This document shows, in pieces, positions 40,663-55,510 of a DNA stretch of 64,000 nt; position 1 is the stretch's first letter, and the number at the start of each line of letters is the position of its first letter. The notes under the pieces were generated by a model that worked only from the letters and a program-made list of their open reading frames with translations, ran no database searches and was not told the DNA's origin. The DNA is taken from contig NW_021832258.1 of NCBI RefSeq assembly GCF_006345805.1, positions 1 to 64,000 on the forward strand, read 5' to 3'. A program made the translations under genes and the position numbers. Source of the stretch: Octopus sinensis. Taxonomy: Eukaryota.

Positions 40663-41369
40663 GAACAACATGCTCATCTTCAAGAGATTCAAAAACATAA
40701 GTTGTATACACCCTCGCAATTCGACATTAGTTTTCTGTTCAGAAATGCTAAAACTCCTTCCAATAAAAATGTTGAGTCTTTTAAAAATATTTACCCCCAT
40801 TAACAACCGTTTAGAAAACTCCTTGTATTATACGTTGATTCGTTTTGAACAAACAAAGTGGAAAGGTTTCGAGTTTAGCATGCAATGCAATAATAATGTG
40901 AAGGCACGAAAATAAATGAGATTATACATACATACACACATACGCACAGATACACATGCGCACACACACATGTACACACATACATAAATACACACACACA
41001 CATACGCACACTCACATACATACATACACACATACATATATACATACAAGCATGCATACATGTATACATATATACATACAAGCATGCATACATGTATACA
41101 TATATACATACATACACACACATGCACATCCATCAATCCATCCATACAACCATACATACATACGTACACACATACATACATACATACATACATACATACA
41201 CGCAGTACATATGATCACAATATCTTGGACAATGAAAATCTGCAAGACATTCTTAGCATTTAAAGGATAATAAGAATGCTTTCCTTCACAATTTTTCTAA
41301 CAAGCAGATGATCAGCCAAAATTATTCTGAATTAATAGAGAAAGCGGAAACACACACACACACACACAC

Positions 41370-41422
<53 letters not shown>

Positions 41423-44082
41423 CTTGGAAAAACCGAACAACATAGCTGACCACTTCAAAAGAGAAAACTATGGCGATGACGGCCTAGTAATATCCCAAAA
41501 CACACCTGAAACAAAGAAGTAATAAATATTTTGAAGGAATCCGAGCGCAAAACAACTCTCTAAAGTACAGAGCCTAAAACAATACACCTATCTAATTAAC
41601 AGGTGATAATAGTAAACGTAAGTACAAAAAAATAAACTATTCTAATAAAATAACAAAGTGTCACTCTGTATCAAAGAACATCCTATCCTCTCACTTTTAA
41701 TTATAGAGAACTTAGTCAGGAATATATGCCGAGTAAAGTTTACAATATTCACCCAAGCAACGGCGTTAAGGTTTAAAATGGGGTGTTTTCCAAAATGTTG
41801 AAATTCGTATAAAAATTACAAAATTAAACCAATAATACAAAACAGAACCAGAAAAAGAAGCATCGCTGTTTTCGCTTTGTTCTTCATCCTAAATGTAGGG
41901 ATAAATGTAGCGAAACTTTCTGAAAACTCTTTACCAAACATGTCTTGACCAATACAAATGAGATTGAAGGTAGCTACACCTGTACAAGAAAGCAAAGAAT
42001 ATGACAACAATAAAGAAACAAATGTTGAGAAAGCTACAACCTCCAGCAAATAATATTTTCAAGCTTTGCAAAACATTTCTTTCGTGTATTGTAAGAAATA
42101 CAAAGTAATTGCGTTAGACTTAATATTTCTTCTCACTTTAGACCACCACTTGTTCTATGGTTGCCTTAGGTGAATTTTTCTCTGTCGCCAGCATTCAGCA
42201 TAACTTCTCCCATATATGTCTCGGAGACCCTGTAAAAATGAAATATTTTCTCTAACTAAAATATTTTCTCTGCCAAAATATGCAACAAAGATAAATAAAC
42301 TGGCTGAGTTAAATAAATAAGGAGATATAACGTTAATAACAAAAGAATGGAATATAGTAGATAGAAACGGGCTCAATTACTAACTGGGTAATTGCAATAT
42401 TAGGGAGATGATAATGAAGTTCTGCAAACGCCGACTCTAACAGAACAATTTATATCGACCAGGAATCGATCTGGAAAAAATTCAAAGCTTAATGACAATT
42501 TACAGATAAGAGACACAATAACCAAAGCAGCGAAAAAATAACAATATATGTGCCCCCAGACAGAGTCTGCCACACAGTCAATAGACACAGCAGCATAATT
42601 GAAAAAAGAATAACAATTTAGTGAAACCGGATAAGATAGCGAAAGTGATCAAGTTGAAATTTTCAATCAAAATAACAATTTAGTGAAACCGGATATAATA
42701 ACGAAATCAATCAAAACTGGTAAAGAAAATGAATTGGGCAATATGAAAAGACAACACAACAATGACAAAATTGCTGGATTTCTAAAATATTTTCACAACG
42801 ATTTTTGTATTTTGCAACAATGCGAACGCATACATATACATACATATATATATATACTTGCATGAATATACAGGTCGAGTTTCTTTACAGTTTCCATATA
42901 TTACGTTTCACTTATGAAACATTGGTCAACTTGGGGTCTTCAGCATGGTTGAAAACATTAAAACTTGTTGTTACACTGTGAGATCTAACAGAGATATACG
43001 TCGTTGTGAAGCGAATATTTTTACCACACTTGTATTATATATTTGCGCATCACGTAACGAGTTCGTCGTCGTACAATATAACTTGGTAAATCAACTTGCA
43101 GTCGTCATTTAACACGCGTTAGCTTTGGTCATATAAGAACTCTGATGAAAAGCATTCAAAACATCGCCATTTAGTCTGATTTTAAGAATGCAGTGCATCA
43201 GATTGCATCGGCTTTCAGGTTATAGGACGTTATATGAAGAAAATTTGGCTGCACGTGACGTGACATCAGGTGTACAATAACGTAGAAATTACATTAACAG
43301 AATGTATTTTATGAAATCATCTTAGTGTTGCTCACTCGTCTTGTAATTTACTTATGAGGAAGAGGGATTTGGGAACAACGCTGCAATTTGCCAAAATAGT
43401 CGTTAATTTCCAGACCTGCTCCTACTCATTACTGTGATCGAGGTAGGAGAAACTGAAGTAAAGTGTTTAGAACTAATGGCAAACGGATAACTCTAAGGAA
43501 AATGAAAAGAGAAGAGGTGAATGTCTTTGTAGTCGAGAGGCACAGAAAGCGTTGGAGAGTGGCAGTGGAAGACATAAAATGAGAAAACAGCACATAGCAA
43601 GATTAATGGCTGCATTGTGTTGGAAAAACGAAAGTTTACTTCGTCTTATAAACAACTTTTAATGGCAGTTGCAAAGATTTCTGTTTACAAGGCTATGTAT
43701 AGACGTTCCTAAATATCACGTGTATGATATCAGTGAAGCTTCTTAAAATATATCGGAGAAATGTATGAACGTCACAGTTTCTCTCTTGTTTTATCCGTGT
43801 ATAAATCTGGTCTTCTTTCTAAGCTACAAATCAATAAGTTAACCATATTTATGAAATGCACAGCTGCTTGCAGTGCTGTGTAAAAATGGCTGCTACACAA
43901 TTATTCTACTTATAAATCTTGTTGTCAAATAATATGTTCACAGTTTTACAGTCAATAGCAGCTGATAACGCTATGAACGGCTCTGCAATGTATGTACGTG
44001 TGTGTGTGTGTATGCATATACATAATATACATATATGTATGTATATACATATAAATATATATATATACATAGTTATTTATAT

Positions 44083-44128
<46 letters not shown>

Positions 44129-44135
44129 GATATAC

Positions 44136-44166
<31 letters not shown>

Positions 44167-44646
44167 CATATATATATATGAATACATACAGATATAAATA
44201 TATATATGTATATATACATGCATATATATATATATATATATATAATATATAATATATATATATATAATATATATATATATGTATATATATATATATCTAT
44301 ATATATATATATATAAATATATGTATGTATGTATCTATTTATATATACAGATATACATACATATGTATACTCGCTACACACATAGACATATATATGTCTG
44401 TCTGTATGTATATATATATATATATATGTATATATATCTATATATATGCATTAGTATATATATATATACGTATGTCTGTCTGTCTGTCTGTCTGTCTGTA
44501 TATATATACATATATGCATGTTTATGTATACATGCATGTATATATGTATATGCATATATATATATATATGTATTTATGTACATATAACTTATACATATGT
44601 ACATATAAAGATACATGTAGATATAGTTGTATACATTTATATACTG

Positions 44647-44709
<63 letters not shown>

Positions 44710-45699
44710 GTATGTATGTATACATAATTCGCACACCGATACGTACATATGATGTGTACATACTAAAAAATGCTCATATAAATACTATTCACAACCACAC
44801 CCACGCACATGTACACAAATACACACGTACATATGATAATAGCTATTCTATCTACAAATCTAGAAGATTTGTTAAAGTATTCTACCGACCTATATTACTG
44901 TCAACATTTTGTCTCTATATAATGGCTACAACATACGAAGCTGTTTAAACTCGGAAACACCTTCTCTAAAAAATAATGTAGGAAGGAAGCATAAATTGAT
45001 TCATAGCCAAAAAAAAGGGGACGGGTGGGGAAGATGAAAAAAAAAAGATTGAAAAGCCAAATCTATAGAAAGAAATGTATTGAAGTTATTTATTTTCAGA
45101 ACGCAGCTTCATCACACACCAATCTTGACGTATACCAATTTCAGCTACCTTGATTCCTACAATTTTCAATTTCTCAATATTGCCAATATCTTCAAGGTGA
45201 CTTGACTTTCTTGGCTTAAGGCTAATAAATATATCAGTACTTAGGTGGCGATCTAGATCATCGTCTAAATTAAAACTTAAAGTCAAATCGCTTGATCGAT
45301 AAACTATACTATTGGCGACACCTTATCGGCTTGCATTCCGTAAGTTCACTTTCACTGTAGGCAATTCCTTCTGCCTCATTGCCCTGTATTTTGCACGATC
45401 AAATATTTCAGTATGTCAAATCATAAAATGTCTATAACATTTATATGATAACGTGGAATAGAGAAATGGGTATTGGAAACATATGAAGGGAGCGACTGCT
45501 TCATAAACTGCCGTCGGCATTGCTTTCTGACCAGAACGCTAACTGAAAATTTTTTTAGAAACTTCGAGAGATAAAAAATAAATCATTTTAGTGGTGGAAC
45601 ATGAAACAGATAAAGCTATAGAAATAACGTGTAGAATAGCTTATTCCTATTGAAGGAATTTCGAAACCTAATAATCTAATAGTAACTACGGTATTTTCA

Positions 45700-45915
45700 A
45701 AGCGGCAAGCTGGCAGAAATGATAGACTGGAATTTGAAGCCATAACATAAATAACCGGACAAAATGCTTGGTGGCATCTCTTCCGGCTCTTTGCGTTATG
45801 AGTTCAAATTTCGCCGAGGTTGATGTAGCCGATCAGAGTCTAAATAAGTTCATAAAATAAGTACCAATTGAATACTAGAGTCGACATTGCTGGCCTCGTG
45901 CCAAAATTAGAAAGA
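45700..45915 (+). mobile_element. SINE family A, degenerate
   Basis: gcggcaagctggcagaa..gagttcaaatttcgccgagg..aagtacc..ggcctcgtgccaaaattagaaa. Confidence 0.65.
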
Positions 45916-46489
45916 ATTGTTTATATTTTGGTCTACTTTCAGTTAAACTATCAAAACGATATACCACTAAACTTTGAAATAATTCAGTCGAACTTGTAAC
46001 GAGGCGGAGCAGGCTTGGAATATCTAAAAGCTGGACATACAGTCAGCGATGCAAAATTAATCGGTGGTTCGTTGGCTCGCTTTCCATCGATACCTTTTAT
46101 TAAACTGCTAGGTTACGGAGACATATATAAACAAGAATCAATTGTTAAATGGTGGGAGAAAAACAGCAACACCAATGCAAAACGGGAAGCTACCGGGAGC
46201 TTGCGTGCCGCTAGCATAGCTCTCAGAGCCAATGAGGAACACACCACAAAATCATTACAAGGAATGGGACGTGTCGTGGTCTTACCACTAAGCCAGAAAT
46301 TAAAGACGTCATAACGAAAACTTAGAACGAAAAAAAAAAGGAAAATACAAAATCAAACATAAGTACAATCATTTACTCAGCTATTTGATTTAACAGGACA
46401 GACATATGCTAAATAAATTCATATTCCATCACAACTGCTTAATACCATTCTTTTCCTTAACTCAGTGCACTCTTCCTTTCTTCTTGTCA

Positions 46490-46534
<45 letters not shown>

Positions 46535-46610
46535 GTCTGTCTGTCTGTCTGTCTGTATGTCTGTCTGCCTGTCTGTCTGTCCGTCCGTCCGTCCTTCCGT
46601 CCGTCCGTTC

Positions 46611-46721
<111 letters not shown>

Positions 46722-46730
46722 CATCAATCA

Positions 46731-47756
46731 AGGTACGACGACGAGCTCGGGGCGAACCTGGACGTCGACGAGGAATACCTGACCCGCCTGTTCAGGACGA
46801 CTTTCGGGCCAGGGCCCATGGACAAATTCCAGAGATCCCTGGCCTGGCAGTGCTACCGAGAAGCGCTACCCATTCGGGATAAGCTCTACAGACACGGCTC
46901 GAGAAACACGGGGCCGACCTGCCCGAGATGCGGTCAGAGCGACGAAACCGTTCTGCACGCACTCGTGCAGTGTCCAACAATTTCCGACCTGTGGGCTTAT
47001 GTCGAACAACTGCTGTCACGTGTGGGACGAGTCGGTTTATCAGCTGAGTCTATCGTCAATATTGTCACGCCTCCTTCCTTCAAACGGGAAGGAAGAGCTA
47101 TTTTCATCATCCTTGTGGCTATGGCGAAATAATGTATCTGGTGGACGCGTCTGAAAGGATTGGAGACAAACACTTTCCTCTCTGGTCAACCTCTCAGTAA
47201 TTTCTTCAAGTACCACTTGAAAAGGAAAGTGAGAGTAGAGAGGTAAGTTTTGTCTAGCGAACGTTTTAAAAAAAGATGGGTGAATGTAGCAAGGATGGCA
47301 CGTATGAATGACGAAGCCACCTTGAGCATAATCCTATGAACTCAGAAATTGAAAACAGAGGGTTACCCACTTGCAAACAAATGTGGTAACATATAACAAT
47401 ATTGACCAAGTTTACCGTGGTCTTTTTCGTAGGCTTTTCTTCCCACAGATAAACCTTACTTGCTTTCCCCTTTACACCATACATCATGACACTGTGATAC
47501 ACGATCCCTATTGATCGATTTTGTTTTCCTCTTCCCCTTTTTTTCTCTTTTTTCTTCTTTTTTCATTTTTCTTTTCTTTTGTTCCTTTTCCCTTTTTTCT
47601 TTTTTTCTCTTCCCTTTTCCTTTTTTTCCCCTTTTACGATCCCTTTTGATCGAAAACCTACGCCACCATTTTTTTTCTTTCATCCCCCAAAAGAAAAGCT
47701 CTACCTTGTAACTTGTCCCATCTGTGTGCAGCCCTGTGTGGCCAATACAGAAACTT
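46731..47756 (+). mobile_element. 5'-truncated Tx1/L1-clade LINE 3' end inserted in a (TATC)n array
   Basis: ORF2 C-terminus with LAWQCYREALP and the CCHC zinc knuckle CPRCGQSDETVLHALVQC, continuing through in-frame stops to 47340, then a 3' UTR. Putative 13-bp TSD tatc(c/t)atcaatca at 46718-46730 and 47756-47768. Confidence 0.88.
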
Positions 47757-47821
47757 ATCTATCAATCAATCTATCTGCCTGTCTATCTGCCTGTCTATCT
47801 GCCTGTCTGCCTATCTGCCTG

Positions 47822-47900
<79 letters not shown>

Positions 47901-48404
47901 CTATGTCTGTCTGTCTGTCTGTCTATTTGTCTGTCTGTCTGTCTGTCTATTTATCTATCTATCTGTCTATCTCTTTTGCATCTTTGTTTCACCTTTTCAG
48001 CATTATTTCCTACCTTTGTCGTTTTAAATATGCAACAGAAGGCAAATAACACCATATATATAAATAAATATATATACATGTATGTGTGTGTATGAGCGCG
48101 CGCGTATATCTATCAATATATCTATTTGTATGTATATATATATATATTATATATATAATATATATATATATAAGAAACACACACACATGTACACACACAA
48201 GATGTACAGTGTTATAAATTCAGTTTCCCAGTAAAGCGAATATTAGATAAAAGCACGGTTACGAATAATATGTGTTAGAAAAATATGGCGCCTGCAGTGA
48301 AAAACTCTGACCGATTTCTGGGTTCATTGTAAAAAGACGAAAGGAATTGAACAAGGGATCCATCAAGAGTTCCGTCCCTTGTCTCCAAAGTTCTGTGAGA
48401 TTAT

Positions 48405-48618
48405 AAAGACGTTTATTTTACATTTTCCTTTACTTGTTTCAGTTATTTGACTGCGGCCATAATGTAGCTCCGCTTTTGTCGAACACATCGACCCAAGGAC
48501 TTATATTTTGTAAGCCTAGTACTTATTGTATCGGTTTCTTTTGCCGAACCGCTAAGTGATGCTAACGTATACACACCAGCATCGGTTCTAAAGCGATGGC
48601 GGGGTGGGGGCAATCATA

Positions 48619-48686
<68 letters not shown>

Positions 48687-48885
48687 ATATATATTATATA
48701 TATATATATATATATATGTTTACGACGGGCTTGTTTCAGTTTCCGTCTACCAAATCCACTCACAAGGCTTTGGTCGGCCCGAGGTTGTAGTAGAAGACAC
48801 TTGCCCAAGATACTGCGCAGTGGGACTTAACCCGAAACCATGTGGTTGGGAAGCAAGCTATTTACCATACAGTCACTCCTGTGTT
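48405..48885 (-). mobile_element. Full-length SINE family B with internal (CA)n(TA)n
   Basis: ttacttgtttcagttatttgactgcggcc..gccgaaccgctaag..microsatellite 48620-48715..gtttcagtttccgtctaccaaatccactcacaagg..agtcactcctg. Confidence 0.85.
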
Positions 48886-49069
48886 CGGGTTCAATTTGAT
48901 TACTTTTTATGTCGAATTTTTAGACGACCACCCTGATGTATTCGTGAACAGACAACGGTGTTGGAGAGCATAATGATTAAAGTTTTAGTTGACAAAACGT
49001 TATCTGACGCGGAGGACTAGAAGCCATTTCAATATTGGAAATGAGTTACCTGTATCTTAATGATTTGTG

Positions 49070-49600
49070 CTGGGTGTCAAAATGCCGACATCATAACTGC
49101 TGCTCAATGTTCTCTGACCACTGTAAAGGGTGTAAGACATAATATGGACAATTGCAACGAAGCCTGTGGTCATTAGAAAAGGACTTAACAAACGTTTTGA
49201 CGGCATTCACACGCCAGAATTAATTAACTTATCCTTAAACAAAGCCTTAGACTCAGTTTATATTGTTATATGAAGCTGATAGTTGTGGTCAAACCCTGGT
49301 TGGAAAGTATTGGTGCTGGGAGGCCTTATTTCGGGAAGTAGGATTCAGCCTCAGGCCATAGCTCGGGAAACAGACAAAAATGGTTGTCGGCGAATTTCTA
49401 CAACTTCACCATCCTCAATTTCGGGTCTTACAATTCCCCCGCATATTGTCCAATGGTTTACTATGTGTGGGGAGTGATTATGAAAGATACAAACCACCAC
49501 TCTACCTGCAACACAAAGGACAATGTAGTGGCCAAGATCAAGGCCGGTTCGAATGTATACAGTGAGAAATGCATGCACCAGGTCCCAGGATTGCCTTAGT
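49070..49600 (+). mobile_element. Degenerate Tc1/mariner (maT/DD37D-like) transposase relic
   Basis: NADIITAAQCSLTTVK at the N-terminus; VVKPWLESIGAGRPY..DSASGH..QKWLSANFYNF..NSP..CPMVYYVWG resembles VKPW..GRPY.WQQDSAP.H..W..NSPD.NP.DY.VWG. Confidence 0.6.
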
Positions 49601-50487
49601 GGAAGTTTACCGCAGCAACTTTGGGTAAGCTGTTATCTGGCAGCCATAATCCAGTTGATATGTTTTGATTTGATAAATACTTTAAATTTTGCATGAAATA
49701 TTGTGATTTCTTTTCATTTTATGATGTTTAGTTCGGACAACCGGCAAATCCATAAGTGTGTTCCGAAAATGTGTATACTGGTTAGGGGCGGGTAATGATG
49801 CTGGTGTGTAGGAGTATTATATTTGAAGGGCTTTTTTTAGGGAGATGGGGTGCTTACGTATCTGTTTTTTAGGTAAACTCTTTGCTGGGTAGTCAGGATA
49901 AGGTGGGTAAAGAGGCGGAGTTGGGAATGGTGACGCTGTAAGGGAACGCAAACAAAAGAATAGATTGAACGTTTAAACAGCTTCAGACGTAACATTTCAT
50001 TTCATCTTTAAATTTCATTGTAGATGTCAAAAAATATTACATTTATAAATTATAGGCTGGTAGGAATGAAAATAAAGATGGGGAGAAATATGCGAATGTA
50101 TGTTAGTCGATGAAGACTTACAGTACTAATGATTAAATAGGCGAGAGAAGATAGGTTTGTGAGGCAGATGGTTTATATTTTAATCAATGGTGAATAAAAG
50201 TGATTTTAAGTTCGGTTCGCGGAAGGAATCATGTTCTTTTATATATTCACATGGAATGTGTGAACATAACTGTATACGTGTGTATATGCGCTTCACTCTC
50301 TCTCTCTCCATTCCGCCGTCTCTCCCCTCCTTCTCTCCTCTTTTTTCACTTACTCTTTCTCGCTGTATATATATACATACATATATATACGTATGCAGGT
50401 AAGTATATATGTGAGAATTTGTGATGGATGCATGGATACGTGTGTCTATGTGTATATATATATATATCTGTACACGCACACACACAC

Positions 50488-50535
<48 letters not shown>

Positions 50536-50984
50536 TCACACACAAATTCATTCTGAAATGCGCATAAAATATGTGATAGAAATATATATATATATGTATG
50601 TGTGTGTGTATTTATATAAATAGATTTTGTTTCTTTGTATTAAACATCTTCCTGATCTTTATCTGGAAACTATTCAACGAAACTGTTGTTACTCTGGAAA
50701 TTTGCCATTCTTAAAATCTCTGCAAACCATCACAACCATATTCTCACTCTCTCTCTCACTGTCACTCACTCTCTCGATTTCTCTCTCTCTCTCCCTCCCT
50801 CTCTCACTCACTCACTCACTCTTGGCTTCATCTCAGCCACTTTCGATTTTTCCCGATCTCAGTCACACTTTTGCCATCTTCGTATTTGTATCTTTCAATC
50901 TTAAAATACGAAGAGATTTAATAATGATGATGATGATAAAAATATTAATGTTGAAAATAATAATCGCAATAATAATTTTCGCTC

Positions 50985-51597
50985 GTTTTGGCACAAGGCT
51001 AGCAGTTCTGAGGCGAAGGAGTAAGTTGATTACATAGCCACCACCGTTTCACTCTTACTTATTTTATCTACCCCGAAAGGATGAAAGATAAGGCCTTGGC
51101 AGAATTTAAACTCTGAACGTAAAGTGCCGGAAGCTATACTGCAAAGCATTTTGTTCGACTGGCTAACTAGTTAGACAGCTCGCCACTTTAATAATGATGA
51201 TGACGATGAAGATGATAATAACCATAATCCTTTCTACAGGAGGCACAAGGCCTCAAATTTGTTGGGTGGGGACTAATCGATTATATCGACCACAGTGCGA
51301 AAGCAAGAAAGGCAAAGTCAACCTCGGCAGAATTTGAACTCAGAACATAAAGACAGACGAAATACCTATTTCTTTACTGCCCACAAGAGGCTACACACAA
51401 AGGGGACAAATAAGGACAGACAAACGAATTAAGTCGATTATATCGACCTCAGTGCGTAATTGGTACTTAATTTATCGACTCCGAAAGGATGAAAGGCAAA
51501 GTTGACCTTGGCGGAATTTGAAATCAGAACGTAACGGCAGACGTAATACCGCTAAGCATCTTGCCCAGCGTGCTAACGTTTCTGCCAGCTCTCCGCC
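50985..51597 (-). mobile_element. Cluster of SINE family A copies including a head-to-tail dimer
   Basis: Reverse-complement B-boxes at ~51100, ~51330 and ~51513; the dimer junction matches those at 22350-22375 and 36500-36526. Confidence 0.85.
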
Positions 51598-52394
51598 AAC
51601 AATGATAATAATGATGATGATGATGATGATGATCTTCCTATTATTGTTGTGGTTGGAGCTGAACTCACTACTGTACACTGGTGTTGTGTTGTTGGAACTG
51701 TGGTGTCAACAGTGGCTGTTATTTTTTTATATCGAAAACAGAAAACTTCCGAGTGGCTTTCAGTGACACAGAATTATCATTATGATTTCCTACCCTCGAC
51801 CGCAACACGCAGTTCCATGCTACTTGGCAGGAGGATACGTTTTTGTATCATTTCCCCAATTTCTGGTTTAATATCCCCAATGTGGTCGCAAATAAAATCT
51901 TCCTTTCTGTAGCTTTTACGTCGGAGAGGGTCTCACTATCTTCCAGAACAACACAGACAAGACACACCAGATGTTCAAACTCCATCATAATGCGACAAGC
52001 CCTTCTCCTTTAAAATGTTGGTTAGCGGGTGAGTTTGTTGTCTCGTATGGGATTTATGGAGTGCTTCAGTGCGAAGACTTCCCTCTCAAAGTTCCCGAAA
52101 TTCCTTGCACTGATCACTTGATATATACCTGTTCATATTTCCGCCTGGGTGTGTCTTGCCGCCTATAGGCATTGAGTTTTAGTCAACACACACTGGCACA
52201 TCGTCTTCCGGACACTTTATGCTAAAACTACAGCTGGGATGGCAACTTGTGCTCTCTTCCCATTCACAACTTGCTGCATTGTCGTTTAGAGAGAACGCAG
52301 CCGTCTTAAAAAAATATTGCTTGTCTTTGGAGTCGTTCCCACAATTTAATTTGCCATCATTTTTATCGTTGTTGTTGTTGCTGCTGCTGTTGCT

Positions 52395-52792
52395 GTTGAG
52401 CGGTTGCTGTTGCTGTTGAACGAACGGTCTTCGTCCCAGAGCTCGCAAGATAGGAGAAGTCCGAAACGTGGTCCTTTGCTATTCGTAAGACCCGCAGAAG
52501 AGAAAGCAAGTAAACCCCCGATACCGAGAGCATCGACTGATGGATGAATGCGCATCCAGGCTCAGCGGTTGCGTAGGAAGTCGGGGACAAGAAGCAGAAA
52601 GAAAGAGTGGGAGAAAGTTGTGGCGAAAGAGTACAGCAGGGGTCACCACCACCACCTGCCGGAGCCTCTTGGAGTTTTAGGTGTTTTCGCTCAATAAACA
52701 CACACAACGCCAGGTCTGGGAATCGAAACCGCGATCCTCCGACCGCGAGTCCGCTGCCCTAACCACTGGGTCATTGCGCCTCCACTTGTTGT
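52395..52792 (-). mobile_element. tRNA-derived SINE (family D) with (CAA/CAG)n tail
   Basis: Minus-strand head ggaggcgcaatgacccagtggttagggcagcggactcgcggtcggaggatcgcggtttcgattcccagacc. The central segment is shared with 60350-60400, and the element ends in CAA/CAG repeats. Confidence 0.8.
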
Positions 52793-52919
52793 TGCTGCTG
52801 CTACCGTTGCTGTTGATGTTGTTGCTACAGCCGTTGTCGGCGTTGCTGTTCTTGTTGTTGCAGCTGCTGATGTTGTTGCCGTTTCTGTTGATGTTGTTGC
52901 TGCTGCTGTCGCCGCTGCT

Positions 52920-53117
52920 ATTCCACTCATCAGACTGCGGCCATGCTGGGTCACCGCCTTGAAAGATTTTAGTCTAAGAAATCGACCCCAATAATAATAT
53001 TTTATTTTAGAGCTTGGTACTTATTCTATCGGTCACTTTTACAGAACCGCTAAGTTACAAGGACATAACCACACCAATACCGGCTGTTAAGCGGTGGTGA
53101 GGGATGAACACACACAT

Positions 53118-53170
<53 letters not shown>

Positions 53171-53265
53171 AGGCCAGCCTTTCAGGTTCCGTCACAAGGC
53201 ATTGGTCGACCCGAGACTATAGCGGAAGTTGACACGCAGAGGGACTGAACACGGAATTATGTGGC
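52920..53265 (-). mobile_element. SINE family B with internal (CA)n
   Basis: gactgcggccatgctggg..gaaccgctaagttac..(CA)n 53110-53168..gggactgaacacgg. Confidence 0.75.
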
Positions 53266-53458
53266 CAGTATTTATTTGAATTAAAGGATGCAAAACACGG
53301 CTGTTTCTCCTTTCAACTTTTTCCCTGGTGAAAACCTCTGTCTGAACCATTAGATTTTCCATTCCTCACGGCAAGTTCACTGTACTCTTATCGATTTTAT
53401 AACATAACTCCACTCTTGCCCACGTAGAACAACACGAGTCTCATTGGAATCTGTCTGA

Positions 53459-53514
<56 letters not shown>

Positions 53515-55224
53515 ATATATATATAAGTGTGTTTGTGTGCATACACGTATAATACGCACATTCACACAAACACAAGCAGACACACATTATAATTGTAGCT
53601 ATCTTTAAAAAAATGTTAATTTCTTGTTGAAATGCAATAATCTATTGAATACAGATAAAAAAAGAGAATAACTAACTTTTAATAATCAATATTTTTTGCT
53701 ATCTTGTACTAAAACGTATATTTAATTATACTGTCAGTATAATTTATCAATAATTCGGTCTGTAATCTGCACCATTCACGCTGGACTTCAGTAAATAAAG
53801 TTTAATTGTTATGTCTGGTTTTGAGTTTGTTTCGAGATATTTGGATGTTTTGCTGAAGCAAAATTTCGATCAATATTCTCTCCAAACATCTTGGAATAAT
53901 TTTCTTGAAGTAGGTCAACTAAATCGGAAACTTAAACCGAAGGAACTTTCTCGTTTTAAAGCACATGAAATAAGGAAACTGTTTCGCCGTTTACAACGTA
54001 AAGGACAGATCTACGCAACAAAGGACAGTTTGCTTATGAATTGAACACCTGGACCCGCTTCTCGTAGAGTTCCACCATCTTTATAGAGAGTTTCTCACAG
54101 AAACGTTAACAACATGCTCTATAGTAATGTTTCCCAAACTTTTTCGGGTTGCCACCCCACTGAAATTGAGGCCTCATTCCTGGCGCCCCACCCCAAACAA
54201 TCATCACAAACAACGACCTCTTTCTGAAGCAAATTCAAAGCAACTGGTCACTCCTCCCCATGTCACTGATATTGTCCAAGAGAAAGACAACGACCGGGAC
54301 AGCTTGGGACGTATTTTCTCAGGAGTTGTCAAAACAAATTTGCAAACGTCGTTCAACTATTTCAGAGATTTCAACTCTGGGCTTCTTCTCAGGGTTTACA
54401 AAGCAGGCCTTCCCTATGAGGGTACATTGTTTGAAAGAAGCGTTGGTTTTAAGTCAGTATTTTCCCTCTCTTAAATGTATTGCCTTCTCAGGCTGATAGT
54501 TCTATCTGGTTTTAAAGAGCCAAAACCCAACAAAAGCAGGCTTTTGATGGCTAGCGTCTCCAACAGCCTTTGACAAGCATGACCAAATACTGATCTTCTT
54601 GTGCGAACCTTTAAAACTTTATCCAGAAACCTGTCACCCTTTCATCCATTTTAAACTTCGCTTAATACTTTCAATTACTATAAACGTGTGACGTCACGTT
54701 GCCTGGTGGTTGGGATATTGCACTCAGAGCAACTACGTAGTGGATTCCCGATCACAGTGCTGCGTTGTATTCATTTAATTTCACTTTGTTTTAGTTCACT
54801 CTGTTGTAAATGCGCAACCCGCAACAGAAGATGAGCCTTCTGATCAAGGGTAATGATGACCTGTTGGCTTAGCCAATGAAATGGCGTCATTTGTAAGCTT
54901 AAAACGAGGCAAAGCACATTGGGGTCAGCGTTGCATAACGACATCCAATGGTTTGGTCGATGCCGTGTCTTAGTGGATTCTAATCACCTTCGGTAAACAA
55001 TAGGCTACTGTCGCCCGGAGCAAATATTAGAGAAGGCTAGATGCAGCTGGAGCTCCATACTGCTCCCACGGTCAATTCAACGTACCGCTTCTATATATCA
55101 GCACCACGAAGGGTACCGCAAAAGCTCCAGTATATCTGCGCCCCAAAGGAAAACGGACATAATTCATAAAGAAAATTTGATGTAATTAAAGCGAATTACC
55201 TTGTATATATATACAGACGAAGAC

Positions 55225-55510
55225 ACAAGGCCCAGTGGTTAAGGTCTTGCACTCATAATCTGGAAATCGTGGGTTCGATTTCCAGACCAGAGAAGAGCGT
55301 TATGTACTTGAACAAAACACTTCCCTTTGCGTTGCTCCAGTCCATTCCACCATAAACGGGTAACCCTGCTTTGATGGTTTAGCCCTCCAATCAGGGGGGA
55401 TGTTGGCTTGCTTGCCTAGCCAGTGGGGTAGCAACATTTGAAAGCCAAAATACTGCAAAGTACACTGTGACATCTGATAGTCTGGTCGATCATGTGATCA
55501 CATAATATAT
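55225..55510 (+). mobile_element. SINE with tRNA-Met-like head
   Basis: ggcccagtggttaagg..CTCATAATCTGGAAATCGTGGGTTCGATTTC resembles the anticodon loop and T-arm of elongator tRNA-Met. The stems are not intact and a SINE body follows. Confidence 0.6.

Noticed and set aside
45086-45320. ~78-codon open frame with protein-like composition (similar cases 41816-42049, 46015-46314, 62646-62894)
   Set aside because: These are bounded by stops, lack convincing splice sites and have no recognisable domain; the 46015 frame overlaps a SINE fragment.
52179-52448. Q/N/S-rich 89-aa minus-strand ORF that looks like a cephalopod exon
   Set aside because: Its first half is the SINE 3' end and CAA/CAG tail; there is no independent exon support.
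55225-55295. Possible tRNA-Met gene (also tRNA-like heads at 4190-4262, 25865-25930, 52720-52792)
   Set aside because: The acceptor and anticodon stems do not pair, and SINE bodies follow.
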